Positions 8,897 through 19,284 are shown, counted from the first letter of the stretch. The stretch: DNA of 64,000 nucleotides from Candidatus Pyrohabitans jungbluthii (GCA_002010065.2 MTMD02000002.1:480001-544000); one strand, 5' to 3'. The notes: a model not told the origin generated them from the letters alone. Numbers and translations are program-made.

Positions 8897-9724
8897 ATGC
8901 ACCCTCGCCTGGCTGAACTCATGCGCTTTCTCGAAGAGGATCTCGGCTATGAGGATATAACCACCAGCAGCGTATTACCCGAGGATGTGAAGGCTCTCGC
9001 CGAGATTGTGGCGAAGGCTCAGGGCGTGGTCGCGGGCGTAGAGGAGGCGAAGGCACTTCTGGAGCACTTTAATTTAAGGTGCAGGGCTCTGAAGGAGGAT
9101 GGCGAAGATATTAACCCCGGAGATGTGATTCTTGAGATTGAAGGAAGCGCTAGGGCGATACTCATGCTGGAGCGCGTGGTGCTGAACCTGCTCATGCGCA
9201 TGAGCGGCATAGCAACTGCCACAAGGCGCATGGTGGCTATAGCTCAGCGCTACGGAGTTAAAATCGCAGGCACGAGAAAAACTACGCCGGGATTCAGGTA
9301 CTTTGAGAAGCGCGCCATAGCCATAGGCGGCGGAGATATGCACCGCTTTCGCTTGGACGATGCAGTGCTTATAAAGGACAACCACCTAGTGCTAGTGGAC
9401 ATTGGCGAAGCGATTAGGCGTGCGAAGCAGGTGAATTTCACAAAGAAGGTAGAGGTAGAGGTGGGCAGCGTCGAGGAGGCAAAGGTTGCGCTAGAGGCGG
9501 GCGCGGATATAGTGATGCTGGACAACCTCAGCGTTGAGGAGGTGGAGCATGTGCTTACGCTTGTGGAGCAACGCGGCTACCAAGCGATAATAGAGGTCTC
9601 CGGCGGGATAACCCCTGATAATCTGGAGAGCTACGCCAAGCTTCGACCGCATGTAATCTCCACCGGCTATATAACCACTCGCGCAGAATGGCTGGACATG
9701 AGCCTTCGCCTGCGAAAGCGCTAG
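8897..9724 (+). CDS. nadC: Quinolinate phosphoribosyltransferase
   Basis: GTRKTTPG, HRFRLDDAVLIKDNH, MLDN, SGGIT. Confidence 0.96.
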   Translation: MHPRLAELMRFLEEDLGYEDITTSSVLPEDVKALAEIVAKAQGVVAGVEEAKALLEHFNLRCRALKEDGEDINPGDVILEIEGSARAILMLERVVLNLLMRMSGIATATRRMVAIAQRYGVKIAGTRKTTPGFRYFEKRAIAIGGGDMHRFRLDDAVLIKDNHLVLVDIGEAIRRAKQVNFTKKVEVEVGSVEEAKVALEAGADIVMLDNLSVEEVEHVLTLVEQRGYQAIIEVSGGITPDNLESYAKLRPHVISTGYITTRAEWLDMSLRLRKR

Positions 9725-10536
9725 GTGCCCACCTGCAGTGACGAAGCGATCTTGCGCAGCGTGGCTATGGCTGAGAGCGCCGCGAGATAGCTTGTCTTCG
9801 GGTTCTCAGGTGAAGGCAGGTTCTCCACCCTGAAGTAGAGCTCGCCGAACTTCCCACGAGCATAAACTTCGTGCACATTCCTCTTTGCTTCGGGATCTGC
9901 GACTATCTCAACCCTCGTCCTGTCCACGCCTATGCCGGCTAAGCTCACAGCCACGGCGACGTTAATATTCGCCGGAAATCCTGCTATAGCTTCTCTCGCT
10001 GTGCCCGAGAAGACCACCTTCCTCTCCTTCAGCCCCTTGAGGGAGATGCCCCTCTCAGCCAAATAGGGTGCGCCCTCCAGAGCATGCGGCGGCTTTGTGG
10101 TGGTAATCCTCACCTCCTCCAGCCCTGCTTCCCTCGCTGACTTCAGTGCATCTAATGCTCCTACCGCGCCTGAGGGGAGGTAAACCCTTCTATGCTTCTG
10201 CGTGGCTGCCTTCTCCACTTCCTCAAGAAACCCTGCGTCTGCAAGCGCACCCACGCTTAAGAGGAGCACATCCTTTCCAGCTTTCAGCGCTGGTATGAGC
10301 AGTGCTTTAGCCGCAGCCACCGAGGCGGCTTCAATCACCAGCTCTGCCTCGCTTGAGAGCACTTCCTCGATGCTTGCCGCTACATCGGGCTTTTTCCTGA
10401 ATAGAGAGCTCAGCCGCACCGCCTTCTCCCTGTCTAGGTCAAAAATACAAACAAGCTCCGCCTCTACCCTGCCATCTGCAATAGCCTTAGCAAGGACTGT
10501 GCCTATTGCACCGCAACCTACCAGAGAAACCTTCAA
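9721..10536 (-). CDS. nadX: L-aspartate dehydrogenase
   Basis: GCGAIG, EAAS, PSGAVGALD, FPANINVA, NPKTSYLAALS; likely TTG start after AGGTGA. Confidence 0.92.
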   Translation of the reverse strand: MKVSLVGCGAIGTVLAKAIADGRVEAELVCIFDLDREKAVRLSSLFRKKPDVAASIEEVLSSEAELVIEAASVAAAKALLIPALKAGKDVLLLSVGALADAGFLEEVEKAATQKHRRVYLPSGAVGALDALKSAREAGLEEVRITTTKPPHALEGAPYLAERGISLKGLKERKVVFSGTAREAIAGFPANINVAVAVSLAGIGVDRTRVEIVADPEAKRNVHEVYARGKFGELYFRVENLPSPENPKTSYLAALSAIATLRKIASSLQVGT

Positions 10537-10585
10537 GCCATCACCTGCAAAAAGCTTTATACCTGCGTACTTAAACTTTGATACC

Positions 10586-11749
10586 ATGTTCCATGTTGCA
10601 AGCGAAGAGGACATAAAGGCGGGGAAGACTACCGACGTGTACTTTATCAACACCAAGCGTGTGCTGGAAGAAAAGGGGATAAGCAAGCGCGTCGTCGCTG
10701 AGGTAACCGCAAGTTCATTGCCAAAGGGCTACGCCTGGGGTGTACTCGCTGGAATAGAGGAGGCGGCACGCCTTCTCGAGGGTTACAACCTCGACGTTTA
10801 TGCCATGCCAGAGGGGAGTATCTTCTATCCCCTTGAGCCGGTGATGCGCATCGAAGGCGATTACAAAGAATTTGCGGTGCTTGAAACGCCTCTTCTCGGC
10901 TTGCTCTGCCAGGCTTCTGGCATAGCCACGAAGGCAGCGCGTTTCAGGAAGCTCGCCGGGGATAAGATTCTGCTCAGCTTTGGGATTCGCAGGATGCACC
11001 CTGCCATTGCGCCCATGATAGACCGCGCCGCATACATAGGCGGGTGCGATGGCTTCTCAGGCATCGCGGCAGAGAGGATTATAGGTGAGAAGGCTCGAGG
11101 AACGATGCCACATGCTCTTATAATTACGGTGGGCGACCAGGTTAAGGCGTGGCGCTACTTCGACGAGGTCGTGGAGAAGGACGTACCTCGCATTGCGCTG
11201 GTCGATACGTACTGCGACGAGAAGCAGGAAGCGGTGCTTGCAGCGGAAGCCATAGAGAACCTCTACGGCGTGCGCCTGGATACGCCCAGCTCGAGGCGGG
11301 GCAACATGAAGAGAATACTGGAGGAGGTGCGCTGGGAGCTGGACGTTCGCGGATATAAGCATGTGAAGATATTTATCTCTGGCGGCGTTAAGGAGGAGAA
11401 CATTCGCGAACTTAGCTTGGCGGACGGCTTCGGCGTGGGCACAAGCATAAGCGCTGCCGCAACCATAGACTTTGCTCTCGATATAGTGGAAGTAGAGGGG
11501 AAGCCCGCAGCAAAGCGGGGCAAGTTCAGCATCGCCAAGGCGGTACTCCGCTGTCCCCGCTGCCTGCATAGCAAGCGCGTGCCTGCGAGGGAAGTAAAAG
11601 AACACACATGCGAGAGGTGCGGCTCTACCATGGAGAACATGCTCCGCCCGCTGATAAGGCAGGGCAAGCTGGTGGCGGAGCTTCCCCCTGCGAAGGAGAT
11701 TCGCGATTATGTGCTGCAACAGCTAGAAAAGGTGGAGGGTATTGAATGA
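10586..11749 (+). CDS. pncB: Nicotinate phosphoribosyltransferase
   Basis: TDVYF, SFGIRR, GTMPH, GVRLDTP, FGVGT; true start ATG 10586. Confidence 0.93.
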   Translation: MFHVASEEDIKAGKTTDVYFINTKRVLEEKGISKRVVAEVTASSLPKGYAWGVLAGIEEAARLLEGYNLDVYAMPEGSIFYPLEPVMRIEGDYKEFAVLETPLLGLLCQASGIATKAARFRKLAGDKILLSFGIRRMHPAIAPMIDRAAYIGGCDGFSGIAAERIIGEKARGTMPHALIITVGDQVKAWRYFDEVVEKDVPRIALVDTYCDEKQEAVLAAEAIENLYGVRLDTPSSRRGNMKRILEEVRWELDVRGYKHVKIFISGGVKEENIRELSLADGFGVGTSISAAATIDFALDIVEVEGKPAAKRGKFSIAKAVLRCPRCLHSKRVPAREVKEHTCERCGSTMENMLRPLIRQGKLVAELPPAKEIRDYVLQQLEKVEGIE

Positions 11750-13686
11750 GCAATGGCGAGAAAATCGAGTCTCTCATTAGATCTGTGAAAAAGTTTCCTC
11801 CCAAGAAAGAGTTCGCAGAAAAAGCTTGGGTAAATGATGAGAAGGTGTACGAAGACGCTGCGAAGGATTATGAAGCCTTCTGGGAACGTGCCGCTGAGGA
11901 GCTTCACTGGTTCAAGCGCTGGGAGCGCGTGCTGGACGAGAGCGAAGCGCCTTTCTACAAGTGGTTCGTTGGTGGAGAGATAAACATAACCTACAACTGC
12001 CTGGACAGGCACGTTGAGAGCTGGAGAAAGAACAAGGCGGCGATAATCTGGGAGGGGGAGCCAGGAGATAGGAGGGTGCTCACCTACTTTGAGCTTTTCC
12101 GTCGAGTTAACCGCTTTGCAAATGCGCTGAAAAAGCTCGGCGTTGGCAAAGGCGACAGGGTTACCATCTACATGGGCATGGTGCCCGAGCTTCCCATAGC
12201 GATGCTTGCGTGCGCTCGCATAGGCGCGGTGCACAGTGTTGTGTTTGGCGGCTTCTCCGCAAAGGCGCTCGCCGACAGGATAAACGACTGCAAGGCAAAA
12301 GTGGTTGTAACTCAGGACGGAGCGTACCGCCGGGGTAAGGTAATCCCCCTCAAGGATAATGTGGATGAAGCTCTGAAGGAAGCGCCCAGCGTTGAGAAGG
12401 TGGTGGTGCTCAAACGCGCGGGGAACGAGGTTAGCATGCGCAAGGGCAGAGACTTCTGGTGGCATGACCTTCAGTATCTGGTGGATGCAAAATGCGAGGC
12501 TGTGCCCGTTGAGAGCGAGCACCCCCTCTTCATCCTCTATACCTCCGGCACAACAGGCAAGCCCAAGGGCGTGCTTCATGTGCATGGGGGCTACAATGTG
12601 GGCACCCACTTAACAACCAAGTGGATTTTCGACCTGAAGGATGATGATATATTCTGGTGCACCGCAGACATAGGCTGGATAACAGGGCATAGCTATGTCG
12701 TCTATGGCCCGCTTTCCAACGGCGCGACGGTGGTGATGTACGAGGGCGCGCCGGACTACCCCAAGCCGGATCGCTTCTGGGAGATTATAGAGCGCTATGG
12801 CGTAACCATCTTCTACACAGCTCCGACTGCGATACGCTTCTTCATGAAGCTCGGCGAGGAGTGGGTGAAGAAGCACGATTTAAGCACACTACGCCTTCTG
12901 GGCACTGTGGGCGAGCCTATAAATCCAAGGGCGTGGCTGTGGTATTATGAGGTTATTGGTGGCAAGCGCTGCCCCATCGTCGATACCTGGTGGCAGACTG
13001 AGACGGGCATGATAATGATAACCCCACTCCCTGGAGTGAGTACGCTGAAACCGGGCTCAGCGTGCAAGCCCTTCCCGGGCGTTTTTGCTCAGGTGGTGGA
13101 CGAGAAGGGCGAAGAGGCTAAGCCCAACCAGGGAGGTTACCTGGTTATCACAAAGCCCTGGCCTGCGATGCTGCGCACCCTATGGGGCAATCCCGAGCGT
13201 TACGTGAACACTTACTTCGGAACCTACCCCAACATCTACCTCACCGGCGATGGCGCGCGCATTGACGAGGAGGGCGACTTCTGGATTATGGGCAGGATAG
13301 ACGACGTGATCAACGTCTCGGGGCACAGGCTGGGCACGGCTGAGCTTGAAAGCGCTTTGGTGAGCCACGAGAGCGTGGCAGAGGCAGCGGTAGTTGGCAA
13401 GCCCCATGAGATTAAAGGCCAGGCGATTGTGGCATTCGTGGTTCTTCGCGAAGGGATTAAGCCAACACCTGAGCTTAAGGAAGAGCTGAGAAGGCACGTG
13501 GCTACTGAAATAGGGCCAATAGCCAAGCCGGATGAAATCCACTTTGTGAGCATGCTGCCAAAGACGCGCTCTGGCAAAATAATGCGCCGCATTATGCGCG
13601 CTCTCGAAGAGGGCAAGGAGATAGGCGACATCACAACGCTGGAAGATGCGAAGGCGATAGAGGAGATTAAGAAGGCGGAGGAGTAG
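11746..13686 (+). CDS. acs: Acetyl-CoA synthetase (AMP-forming)
   Basis: [31 protein letters not shown]. Confidence 0.96.
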   Translation: MSNGEKIESLIRSVKKFPPKKEFAEKAWVNDEKVYEDAAKDYEAFWERAAEELHWFKRWERVLDESEAPFYKWFVGGEINITYNCLDRHVESWRKNKAAIIWEGEPGDRRVLTYFELFRRVNRFANALKKLGVGKGDRVTIYMGMVPELPIAMLACARIGAVHSVVFGGFSAKALADRINDCKAKVVVTQDGAYRRGKVIPLKDNVDEALKEAPSVEKVVVLKRAGNEVSMRKGRDFWWHDLQYLVDAKCEAVPVESEHPLFILYTSGTTGKPKGVLHVHGGYNVGTHLTTKWIFDLKDDDIFWCTADIGWITGHSYVVYGPLSNGATVVMYEGAPDYPKPDRFWEIIERYGVTIFYTAPTAIRFFMKLGEEWVKKHDLSTLRLLGTVGEPINPRAWLWYYEVIGGKRCPIVDTWWQTETGMIMITPLPGVSTLKPGSACKPFPGVFAQVVDEKGEEAKPNQGGYLVITKPWPAMLRTLWGNPERYVNTYFGTYPNIYLTGDGARIDEEGDFWIMGRIDDVINVSGHRLGTAELESALVSHESVAEAAVVGKPHEIKGQAIVAFVVLREGIKPTPELKEELRRHVATEIGPIAKPDEIHFVSMLPKTRSGKIMRRIMRALEEGKEIGDITTLEDAKAIEEIKKAEE

Positions 13687-14253
13687 TCACCTCCCCATCC
13701 CCTTATAGTAAACTGTAGCAGGGCAGCCCAGGCACTTCCTCTCGTAAAGATAGCACTCAGGGCAGCGCTTACCGCAGGGTGCGATCTCCCTGCTTGGCGA
13801 TACCTTCACCTCCATAAAGGTGGGATACACAGGAGCCTCGCCTATTGAGACCTCCATGCTCAGTACATTCTTCAGCGGCCTTATGCTGTTCTCCACCGTC
13901 GACTCGAGCAGGGAGGTGTTCTCTGCTATTATTACCATGCTCAGGTTGTACTTGCCAGTTGTGACTGCAACAAAGGCAATTCTCGGGCAGGAGGCGAACA
14001 TGTCCGCGAGCTTCATCGCATGCTCCATGCTCTCAACTTGGAGGTTCACCACCGCTGACTTGAAGTTGAGCTCTTTTATGTTCAGCAGAGCCTTGACAGC
14101 AATCTCTCGCTTTCTGAGCAACTTGTCCAGCCTCTCCTTAACTGAGGGATGTGTTAAGCCAAGCTTACGAGCTATCTCGGTCAGCTTGGCTCTACCATTT
14201 TTTTGCAGAATCTGGTAAATCTGGAAGTCCTTCTCATCCATACTCTCCACCAC
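13687..14253 (-). CDS. Lrp/AsnC family regulator with C-terminal Cys cluster
   Basis: N-terminal HTH, RAM-like domain, PCGKRCPECYLYERKCLGCP tail. Confidence 0.85.
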   Translation of the reverse strand: MVESMDEKDFQIYQILQKNGRAKLTEIARKLGLTHPSVKERLDKLLRKREIAVKALLNIKELNFKSAVVNLQVESMEHAMKLADMFASCPRIAFVAVTTGKYNLSMVIIAENTSLLESTVENSIRPLKNVLSMEVSIGEAPVYPTFMEVKVSPSREIAPCGKRCPECYLYERKCLGCPATVYYKGMGR

Positions 14254-14277
14254 TTTTAAGAGTTATATTTTACTTTG

Positions 14278-14292
14278 CCTACAATTTGTAGG
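14278..14292. promoter_or_regulatory. Perfect inverted repeat CCTACAA-T-TTGTAGG, candidate operator
   Basis: Lies in the divergent intergenic region between the Lrp gene and the DUF2892 gene. Confidence 0.45.
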
Positions 14293-14373
14293 TGTTTTGC
14301 TTAATTTTCATGGGAAAATAATATAAAGTTATCGAATGATATACATAAAGTTGGCTAACAGGAGGTGGTTTGC

Positions 14374-14574
14374 ATGGAAAGGAACGAGGGAACTGTGGAC
14401 AGAGCTGTTAGGCTTCTGCTCGGCATAGCACTTCTTGCCCTAGGCGGACTTGAGAAGATACCCTACCCGAAGGTTGCACTTCTCGTAGGTCTTGTGTTAC
14501 TGGTAACCGGAATCGCCGGCATATGCCCTCTCTACTCAGTGCTAAAAATAAAGACCTGCGGCGAGAAGTGCTGA
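14374..14574 (+). CDS. DUF2892 (YgaP-like) membrane protein
   Basis: NEGTVDRAVR...TGIAGICPLY; GGAGGTG RBS. Confidence 0.85.
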   Translation: MERNEGTVDRAVRLLLGIALLALGGLEKIPYPKVALLVGLVLLVTGIAGICPLYSVLKIKTCGEKC

Positions 14575-14582
14575 CCTATCTT

Positions 14583-15287
14583 TTATTTTTTGCTTTTTAA
14601 CCTTCTCTGAACTGCCTCGCTGGTTAGCTCTCTTAATGCATCAGAGGCTATCCACCTGGCGCTGCGTGAGTCGATTTTTTGTATCTCTCTGGCAACTTCA
14701 ATCGCCTTGCTGTTTAGGCTTGGGCTTCGCTTTCCTATCTGCCTCAACGCCCAGTTGACAGCTTTCTTAACGTAATTTCTATTGTCTGTGGCTTCCCTCT
14801 GTATGATAGGGAAGAATCTCTCAAATTGCTCATCACCTGCCTCTTTATCGCTTACAGCAAGGCGAGCCATCAGCACAAAGCCAGCCCTCTTGACAAATTC
14901 CTCCTCCCTAGAACTCCACTCAACCGCCTTTTGATAGGCAAATCTGGTCTTTTCAAAGAGATTTGCACAGCACTGGTCGCAGATTTCCCAGTAGTCGAAC
15001 TCAGCTACCCAGCGCTCCATCTGCTCCTCAGTAACCACCTCCGGGTCGTCTATCATACTCGCAAGTATCATGGTTTCACGTATCCCCAGCGCCCAGAGTT
15101 GCTGAGCCAAGGAATGGTCTCGCCCTATCTCCTTGGCAAGCTTTCTCAGGTTCGGAATCGCCACTCCATAGGTTTTCTTAGGGGTAATCCCAAATCTTGC
15201 CATTCCTTCCGCTGCTTCAGGGTTGCTGAGACCTTCCAGCTTTTTAAGGACTGATTCAACGTCTGCTGCTCCCATCTTATCTCTCAC
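14583..15287 (-). CDS. DNA alkylation repair protein (AlkD-like)
   Basis: WEICD, DNRNYVKKAVNWALRQIGKR. Confidence 0.85.
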   Translation of the reverse strand: MRDKMGAADVESVLKKLEGLSNPEAAEGMARFGITPKKTYGVAIPNLRKLAKEIGRDHSLAQQLWALGIRETMILASMIDDPEVVTEEQMERWVAEFDYWEICDQCCANLFEKTRFAYQKAVEWSSREEEFVKRAGFVLMARLAVSDKEAGDEQFERFFPIIQREATDNRNYVKKAVNWALRQIGKRSPSLNSKAIEVAREIQKIDSRSARWIASDALRELTSEAVQRRLKSKK

Positions 15288-15337
15288 TATCGTCTTCCAC
15301 AGCGCCTGATATATTTATTCCGCCACCTACAATAAGG

Positions 15338-15345
15338 TTTAAGTA
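15338..15345 (+). promoter_or_regulatory. TATA box of tRNA-Met
   Basis: TTTAAGTA about 25 nt upstream of the tRNA 5' end. Confidence 0.55.
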
Positions 15346-15366
15346 GTTAAGGCATTGCTCTCTTTT

Positions 15367-15477
15367 GCCGGGGTAACTCAGCCTGGTTAGAGTGCCACGC
15401 TCATAGGGAGAGGCTCCGCCTCACGTGGGCACTCCTGGGATACGTGGAAGTCGCGGGTTCGAAGCCCGCCCCCGGCA
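15367..15477 (+). tRNA. tRNA-Met(CAT), elongator-type, with 36-nt intron (15406-15441)
   Basis: GCCGGGG acceptor stem, CCACG/CGTGG anticodon stem, CAT at 15402-15404, GTTCGAA T-loop. Confidence 0.9.
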
Positions 15478-15524
15478 TGCTTTATAACTTACATAATCGT
15501 TGTAACAAAGATGAGATATATTAC

Positions 15525-15833
15525 TTAATTATCAGATTTGTTTAATTTATCGAGCATTCTGGCGAGTTTTATGCATTTATCTTGTGTTTTACGTAATAGA
15601 ATTCCAAGAAGTATCGCTATAAAAAACAGAAGTATAGCAATTTCAGGATATTTTTCATTAACCCATCTTACACCCTCCTTAATTACGGTTGCTACAAAAG
15701 CTGTTAATATTACGAGATATGCCCACAATATTCTCGAAATATAAATTTTTTGGATTTCAATTATTGTTTTTATTTCTTCTTCCCCCATATCCTCGTGTCC
15801 TTTCTCCTTTTTCCCAAATATCCATAAACGCAT
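15525..15833 (-). CDS. AT-rich hypothetical 2-TM membrane protein
   Basis: 102-aa ORF with GGAGG RBS; much lower GC than the flanks. Confidence 0.55.
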   Translation of the reverse strand: MRLWIFGKKEKGHEDMGEEEIKTIIEIQKIYISRILWAYLVILTAFVATVIKEGVRWVNEKYPEIAILLFFIAILLGILLRKTQDKCIKLARMLDKLNKSDN

Positions 15834-16076
15834 TATTAACCCTCCTCCACAAATATTGGCAGGTTCCTTCCTTAAAAACCTTTTCTAGTCAGATTGGAGA
15901 AAACGCTAATCATGTTGGAATCTATAAGGGCTATAGAGCATATCTTAAGCATAGAGAGAACGGCTATTGTTATCTGACCGTCTTCCAAACCGAAAACCCT
16001 CACCTAGCTTATTTTACTTTCTGCAACAACAAAGTATATCTACCCATGTGCCAACATCTTTACGGGAGATGTAAAA

Positions 16077-16262
16077 ATGAACTGTTGTGGCACGCACGAG
16101 AAGAAGGAAGGAGAAGAGGAAAAGCACGAGCATGGCAAGGAAGAGCATTCCCACACCTCCCACGCTGGATGCGGCATGCACGGCGGAGGCTGGCTCTACT
16201 GGATTCTCGTAGGGACATTCATCTATCTGGTGGTTGCCTACATATTCACCTACGTAATATAG
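16077..16262 (+). CDS. Small His/Cys-rich single-TM protein
   Basis: MNCCGTHE...KHEHGKEEHSHTSHAGCGMHGG followed by a hydrophobic helix. Confidence 0.6.
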   Translation: MNCCGTHEKKEGEEEKHEHGKEEHSHTSHAGCGMHGGGWLYWILVGTFIYLVVAYIFTYVI

Positions 16263-16291
16263 ATGTTAGCGCTCACGCCTTTGCGTAAACA

Positions 16292-17272
16292 GTGGAAGAG
16301 AGGAGAATAGCAAAGATGTGGCTTCAAATTAGGATGTACCTCCTGCTTGCGGTGATGTTCGCAATTGTATACGCGGTGATAGTTGTAGCAGCGAGTAGCC
16401 TTGGAATTCAGAGCTTTGCAGTTTACGGTGGCATCGCCGCGGTGATGCTTCTCATCCAGTACATGATTTCACCAAAAATAGTTGAGATGAGCATGGGTGT
16501 GCGCTACGTAAGTGAGGCTGAAGCGCCGAAGCTGCACAGCATCGTCGCCGAGCTTGCGAGGCGCGCGGGCATACCCAAGCCGAAGGTGGGAATCTCCCGC
16601 CTGCCCATACCCAACGCCTTCGCCTTCGGGCGCTGGAAAAGCGATGGCAGAGTGTGCGTTACTGAGCAGCTTCTGCACCTTCTAAGCGAGGAGGAGCTGC
16701 GCGCGGTGCTCGGGCACGAGATTTCCCACCTGAAGAACAGGGATGTTACGGTGATTACTGCGCTAAGCGTCGTGCCCATGGTGCTCTGGTACCTCGCCTG
16801 GAGCTTCATGTGGGGCGGTGGCAGGAACCGGGGCAACACCGTGGTTCTGGGCATCGCCGCCTTTGTGCTCTACTTCATAACCAACCTGCTGGTGCTCTAC
16901 GGCTCAAGGATTCGCGAGTACTACGCCGACGAGGGCAGCGTGAAGCTGGGCAACCCACCGCACGCCTTAGCGAGTGCGCTGTACAAGCTGGTCTACGGCA
17001 GCGCCCGTGTGGATAGGGAAACCCTGAGGCAGATGCAGGGATACAAAGCCTTCTTTGCCAACGACCCCGCGAGAGCGTACCACGAGATTCGCGAGCTGAG
17101 GCAAGTGGATGTGGACATGAACGGGAGCATCGATGCAAATGAGCTTCTTGCGCTGAGCAGCAAGCAGGTGCGCCTGAACTCTGCAGACAGGCTGATGGAG
17201 ATGTTCAGCACCCACCCGAATATGGTGGCTCGCATAAAGCGTCTCAGCCAGCTCGCCGCTCGCAGGGCGTAG
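16292..17272 (+). CDS. htpX: Zinc metalloprotease HtpX (M48)
   Basis: PNAFAFG, HEISH, SRIREYYAD, FSTHP. Confidence 0.92.
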   Translation: MEERRIAKMWLQIRMYLLLAVMFAIVYAVIVVAASSLGIQSFAVYGGIAAVMLLIQYMISPKIVEMSMGVRYVSEAEAPKLHSIVAELARRAGIPKPKVGISRLPIPNAFAFGRWKSDGRVCVTEQLLHLLSEEELRAVLGHEISHLKNRDVTVITALSVVPMVLWYLAWSFMWGGGRNRGNTVVLGIAAFVLYFITNLLVLYGSRIREYYADEGSVKLGNPPHALASALYKLVYGSARVDRETLRQMQGYKAFFANDPARAYHEIRELRQVDVDMNGSIDANELLALSSKQVRLNSADRLMEMFSTHPNMVARIKRLSQLAARRA

Positions 17273-17274
17273 CC

Positions 17275-17973
17275 TCAAATTCTCCTCATAATCTCGGCGT
17301 ACCTCTCTATCAACCCGCTGCTTTCGTACTGCACCAGCCAGGCTAAGAAGCACAGCTCTATCGCCCTGCGCTGCGTTGTCTTCGCAATCTCATGAACCTT
17401 TGCTATAAAAGTGAGGTCCTCTTCCACTTTGGCTTCGCCAGCCTCGGCGAGTATGCGATTGATAACCCGCTTCACAATCTTGTCGGGCATAGTCGTGTCT
17501 ATTCCACCCATCATGCGCAGGTACTGGAAGGTGTTTATCCCCACGCCTTTAACCCTGCCTATGGCATCGTTGCGCCACTCTTCAAGCTTCGCCTGCCTCG
17601 CCCACCTTCTTAAAGCCTGGCGGTCGTCTATATGATGCTGTTTCTTAAGCTTTGCCAGGTGGGCTGCGATACCTTGCGCAGCTTTCCAGCTTCGCCTGTT
17701 TCCCCAAATCTCAAACAGCTTCTCAAGCTTAGCCGAAGCAAGGTCCTCCACGCTTACTATTTCGCCGGTGGAAACGAATCTGCGCCTGAACTCCTCAACC
17801 CGGGGCACCACCACAGTGAAGTAATTAACCCCGGTAGAGGTGATGGCAGCATCCACGAGCATGCAAACAACGCTCCCACCCCAGCGCTCCGTGGCAAGGC
17901 AGCGTGAAGCTAACTCGCTGAGGTAGGGCACTCTTGCGATGTGGTCATCTACAATCTCCTTTAGCGTGGGCAT
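17275..17973 (-). CDS. Hypothetical protein with HhH-GPD-like motif
   Basis: VKGVGINTFQYLRMMGG...MPDKIVKR. Confidence 0.55.
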   Translation of the reverse strand: MPTLKEIVDDHIARVPYLSELASRCLATERWGGSVVCMLVDAAITSTGVNYFTVVVPRVEEFRRRFVSTGEIVSVEDLASAKLEKLFEIWGNRRSWKAAQGIAAHLAKLKKQHHIDDRQALRRWARQAKLEEWRNDAIGRVKGVGINTFQYLRMMGGIDTTMPDKIVKRVINRILAEAGEAKVEEDLTFIAKVHEIAKTTQRRAIELCFLAWLVQYESSGLIERYAEIMRRI

Positions 17974-17985
17974 TGCACTCGACCT

Positions 17986-18924
17986 CTAAATCTTAACTCT
18001 AGCGCCGCAGTTGTGGCAGTAGTTAGCGAATCTACTGCGCTGTGCACCGCACTTCTCACAGGTTTCTACCAAGCGCTGCCCGCAGTTTATACAGTATGCA
18101 TCGCCGCTCTCAAAGGGGAAGCTGCAGTAGGGGCAGCGCCTCTGAGAGAGCCTCGTCTTAGCCTGGCGCTCAGGGCTGAGGTACTCCTTCTTCAGGTAGG
18201 CGAGGGCTACGCCAGTAGCCAGAGCGCCTATAGCGGAGACACCTATTACATGGAAGGAGCGCCAGGTGAACTCAATAAGCATGTAAAACAGAAGCAGAAT
18301 GGAGAATGCCATGAATGAGTTGGCGTGTATGGCATACCTGCTACGCCTCTGCCTCGCGCGCTGCGCTGCATATATGGAGGCGATAAATAGAGGTAGAGCA
18401 AAGCCAAGTCGGAGCACAAGCACCCTGAGTTCGTAGACACGCATTGCAGCTCTGTAATCCCTACTTGCCTCTTCCCTCCGCTGAAAAAGCTCCTTTTTCA
18501 GCGCCTCAAGGCTCTGCCTCGCTGCCTCAAGCTTCTCTTTGGCGACGTCGCGATTTCTGAGCGCTGTCTCATAGCTCTGCCTCGCCTGCTCGTACTCCTG
18601 TCTTAGCTTCTCGTCGAGAGAGCCTTCCTCCATGCGAGTGCGGTACTCTTCGCGTTTAAAGAGGTACTCCTCTTTTGCCCTGAGGTGCTCCTCCTGAGCG
18701 CGGCGATATGTCTCCTCTAAGCTTTGCACCTCAATGCTGAGTTCAGATAGGTTTCGCTCAAGCTCAGGTATCCCGTAGCGTGCCTCATAAGCCCCCATTA
18801 AAGGCTTTGCGGGGATCTCTCTCAGCTCCCCGAGCACGCGCACCCCGCCTATGAGCAGGAAGAGCACAAAGGCTGCGGCAAGAATCTTCTCAGCCCTCGT
18901 TACCTCAACTTCTTCCCCCTGCAA
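17986..18924 (-). CDS. Membrane protein with coiled coil and C-terminal double zinc ribbon
   Basis: TM, long coiled coil, 3 TMs, four CxxC pairs. Confidence 0.7.
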   Translation of the reverse strand: MQGEEVEVTRAEKILAAAFVLFLLIGGVRVLGELREIPAKPLMGAYEARYGIPELERNLSELSIEVQSLEETYRRAQEEHLRAKEEYLFKREEYRTRMEEGSLDEKLRQEYEQARQSYETALRNRDVAKEKLEAARQSLEALKKELFQRREEASRDYRAAMRVYELRVLVLRLGFALPLFIASIYAAQRARQRRSRYAIHANSFMAFSILLLFYMLIEFTWRSFHVIGVSAIGALATGVALAYLKKEYLSPERQAKTRLSQRRCPYCSFPFESGDAYCINCGQRLVETCEKCGAQRSRFANYCHNCGARVKI

Positions 18925-18993
18925 GGTATCTCCCTACTGTATTAGGGTGAGGTGCTTTATATATTTTCCATAAAAGAAGGAAAAATGGGTATG

Positions 18994-19284
18994 CTAACCC
19001 ATAAAATCGCAGCTCCTGCACTTGAAGACAGGAACATTCTTCTTACCCTGCTTCTCCCAGTGGTGTATCTCAATGCTGGAGGAGCCACAGCCAGGGCAGG
19101 TAACCAGGCGAGGGTTGAGCTTCACTAAGCGTTCAAGAACGCGCATATCCTCGAGAAGCTCCGTCTCCGCCTCGCGCTTAATCTCCAGAAACTTCTGGAA
19201 GCGGCGCATGTGCTTGGGGCACAGATTGAGCCTAAACTCGGTTATTAAGCCAGCAGCCTCATTGGAGCAGAAGGTGCACTTCAT
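18994..19284 (-). CDS. Small zinc-finger protein
   Basis: CTFC...CPKH and CPGC...CRSC. Confidence 0.6.
   Translation of the reverse strand: MKCTFCSNEAAGLITEFRLNLCPKHMRRFQKFLEIKREAETELLEDMRVLERLVKLNPRLVTCPGCGSSSIEIHHWEKQGKKNVPVFKCRSCDFMG

Noticed and set aside
10202-10686. Long mutual overlap of nadX and pncB in the track
   Set aside because: Artefact of maximal ORF extension; plausible starts are 10536 (-) and 10586 (+), which do not overlap.
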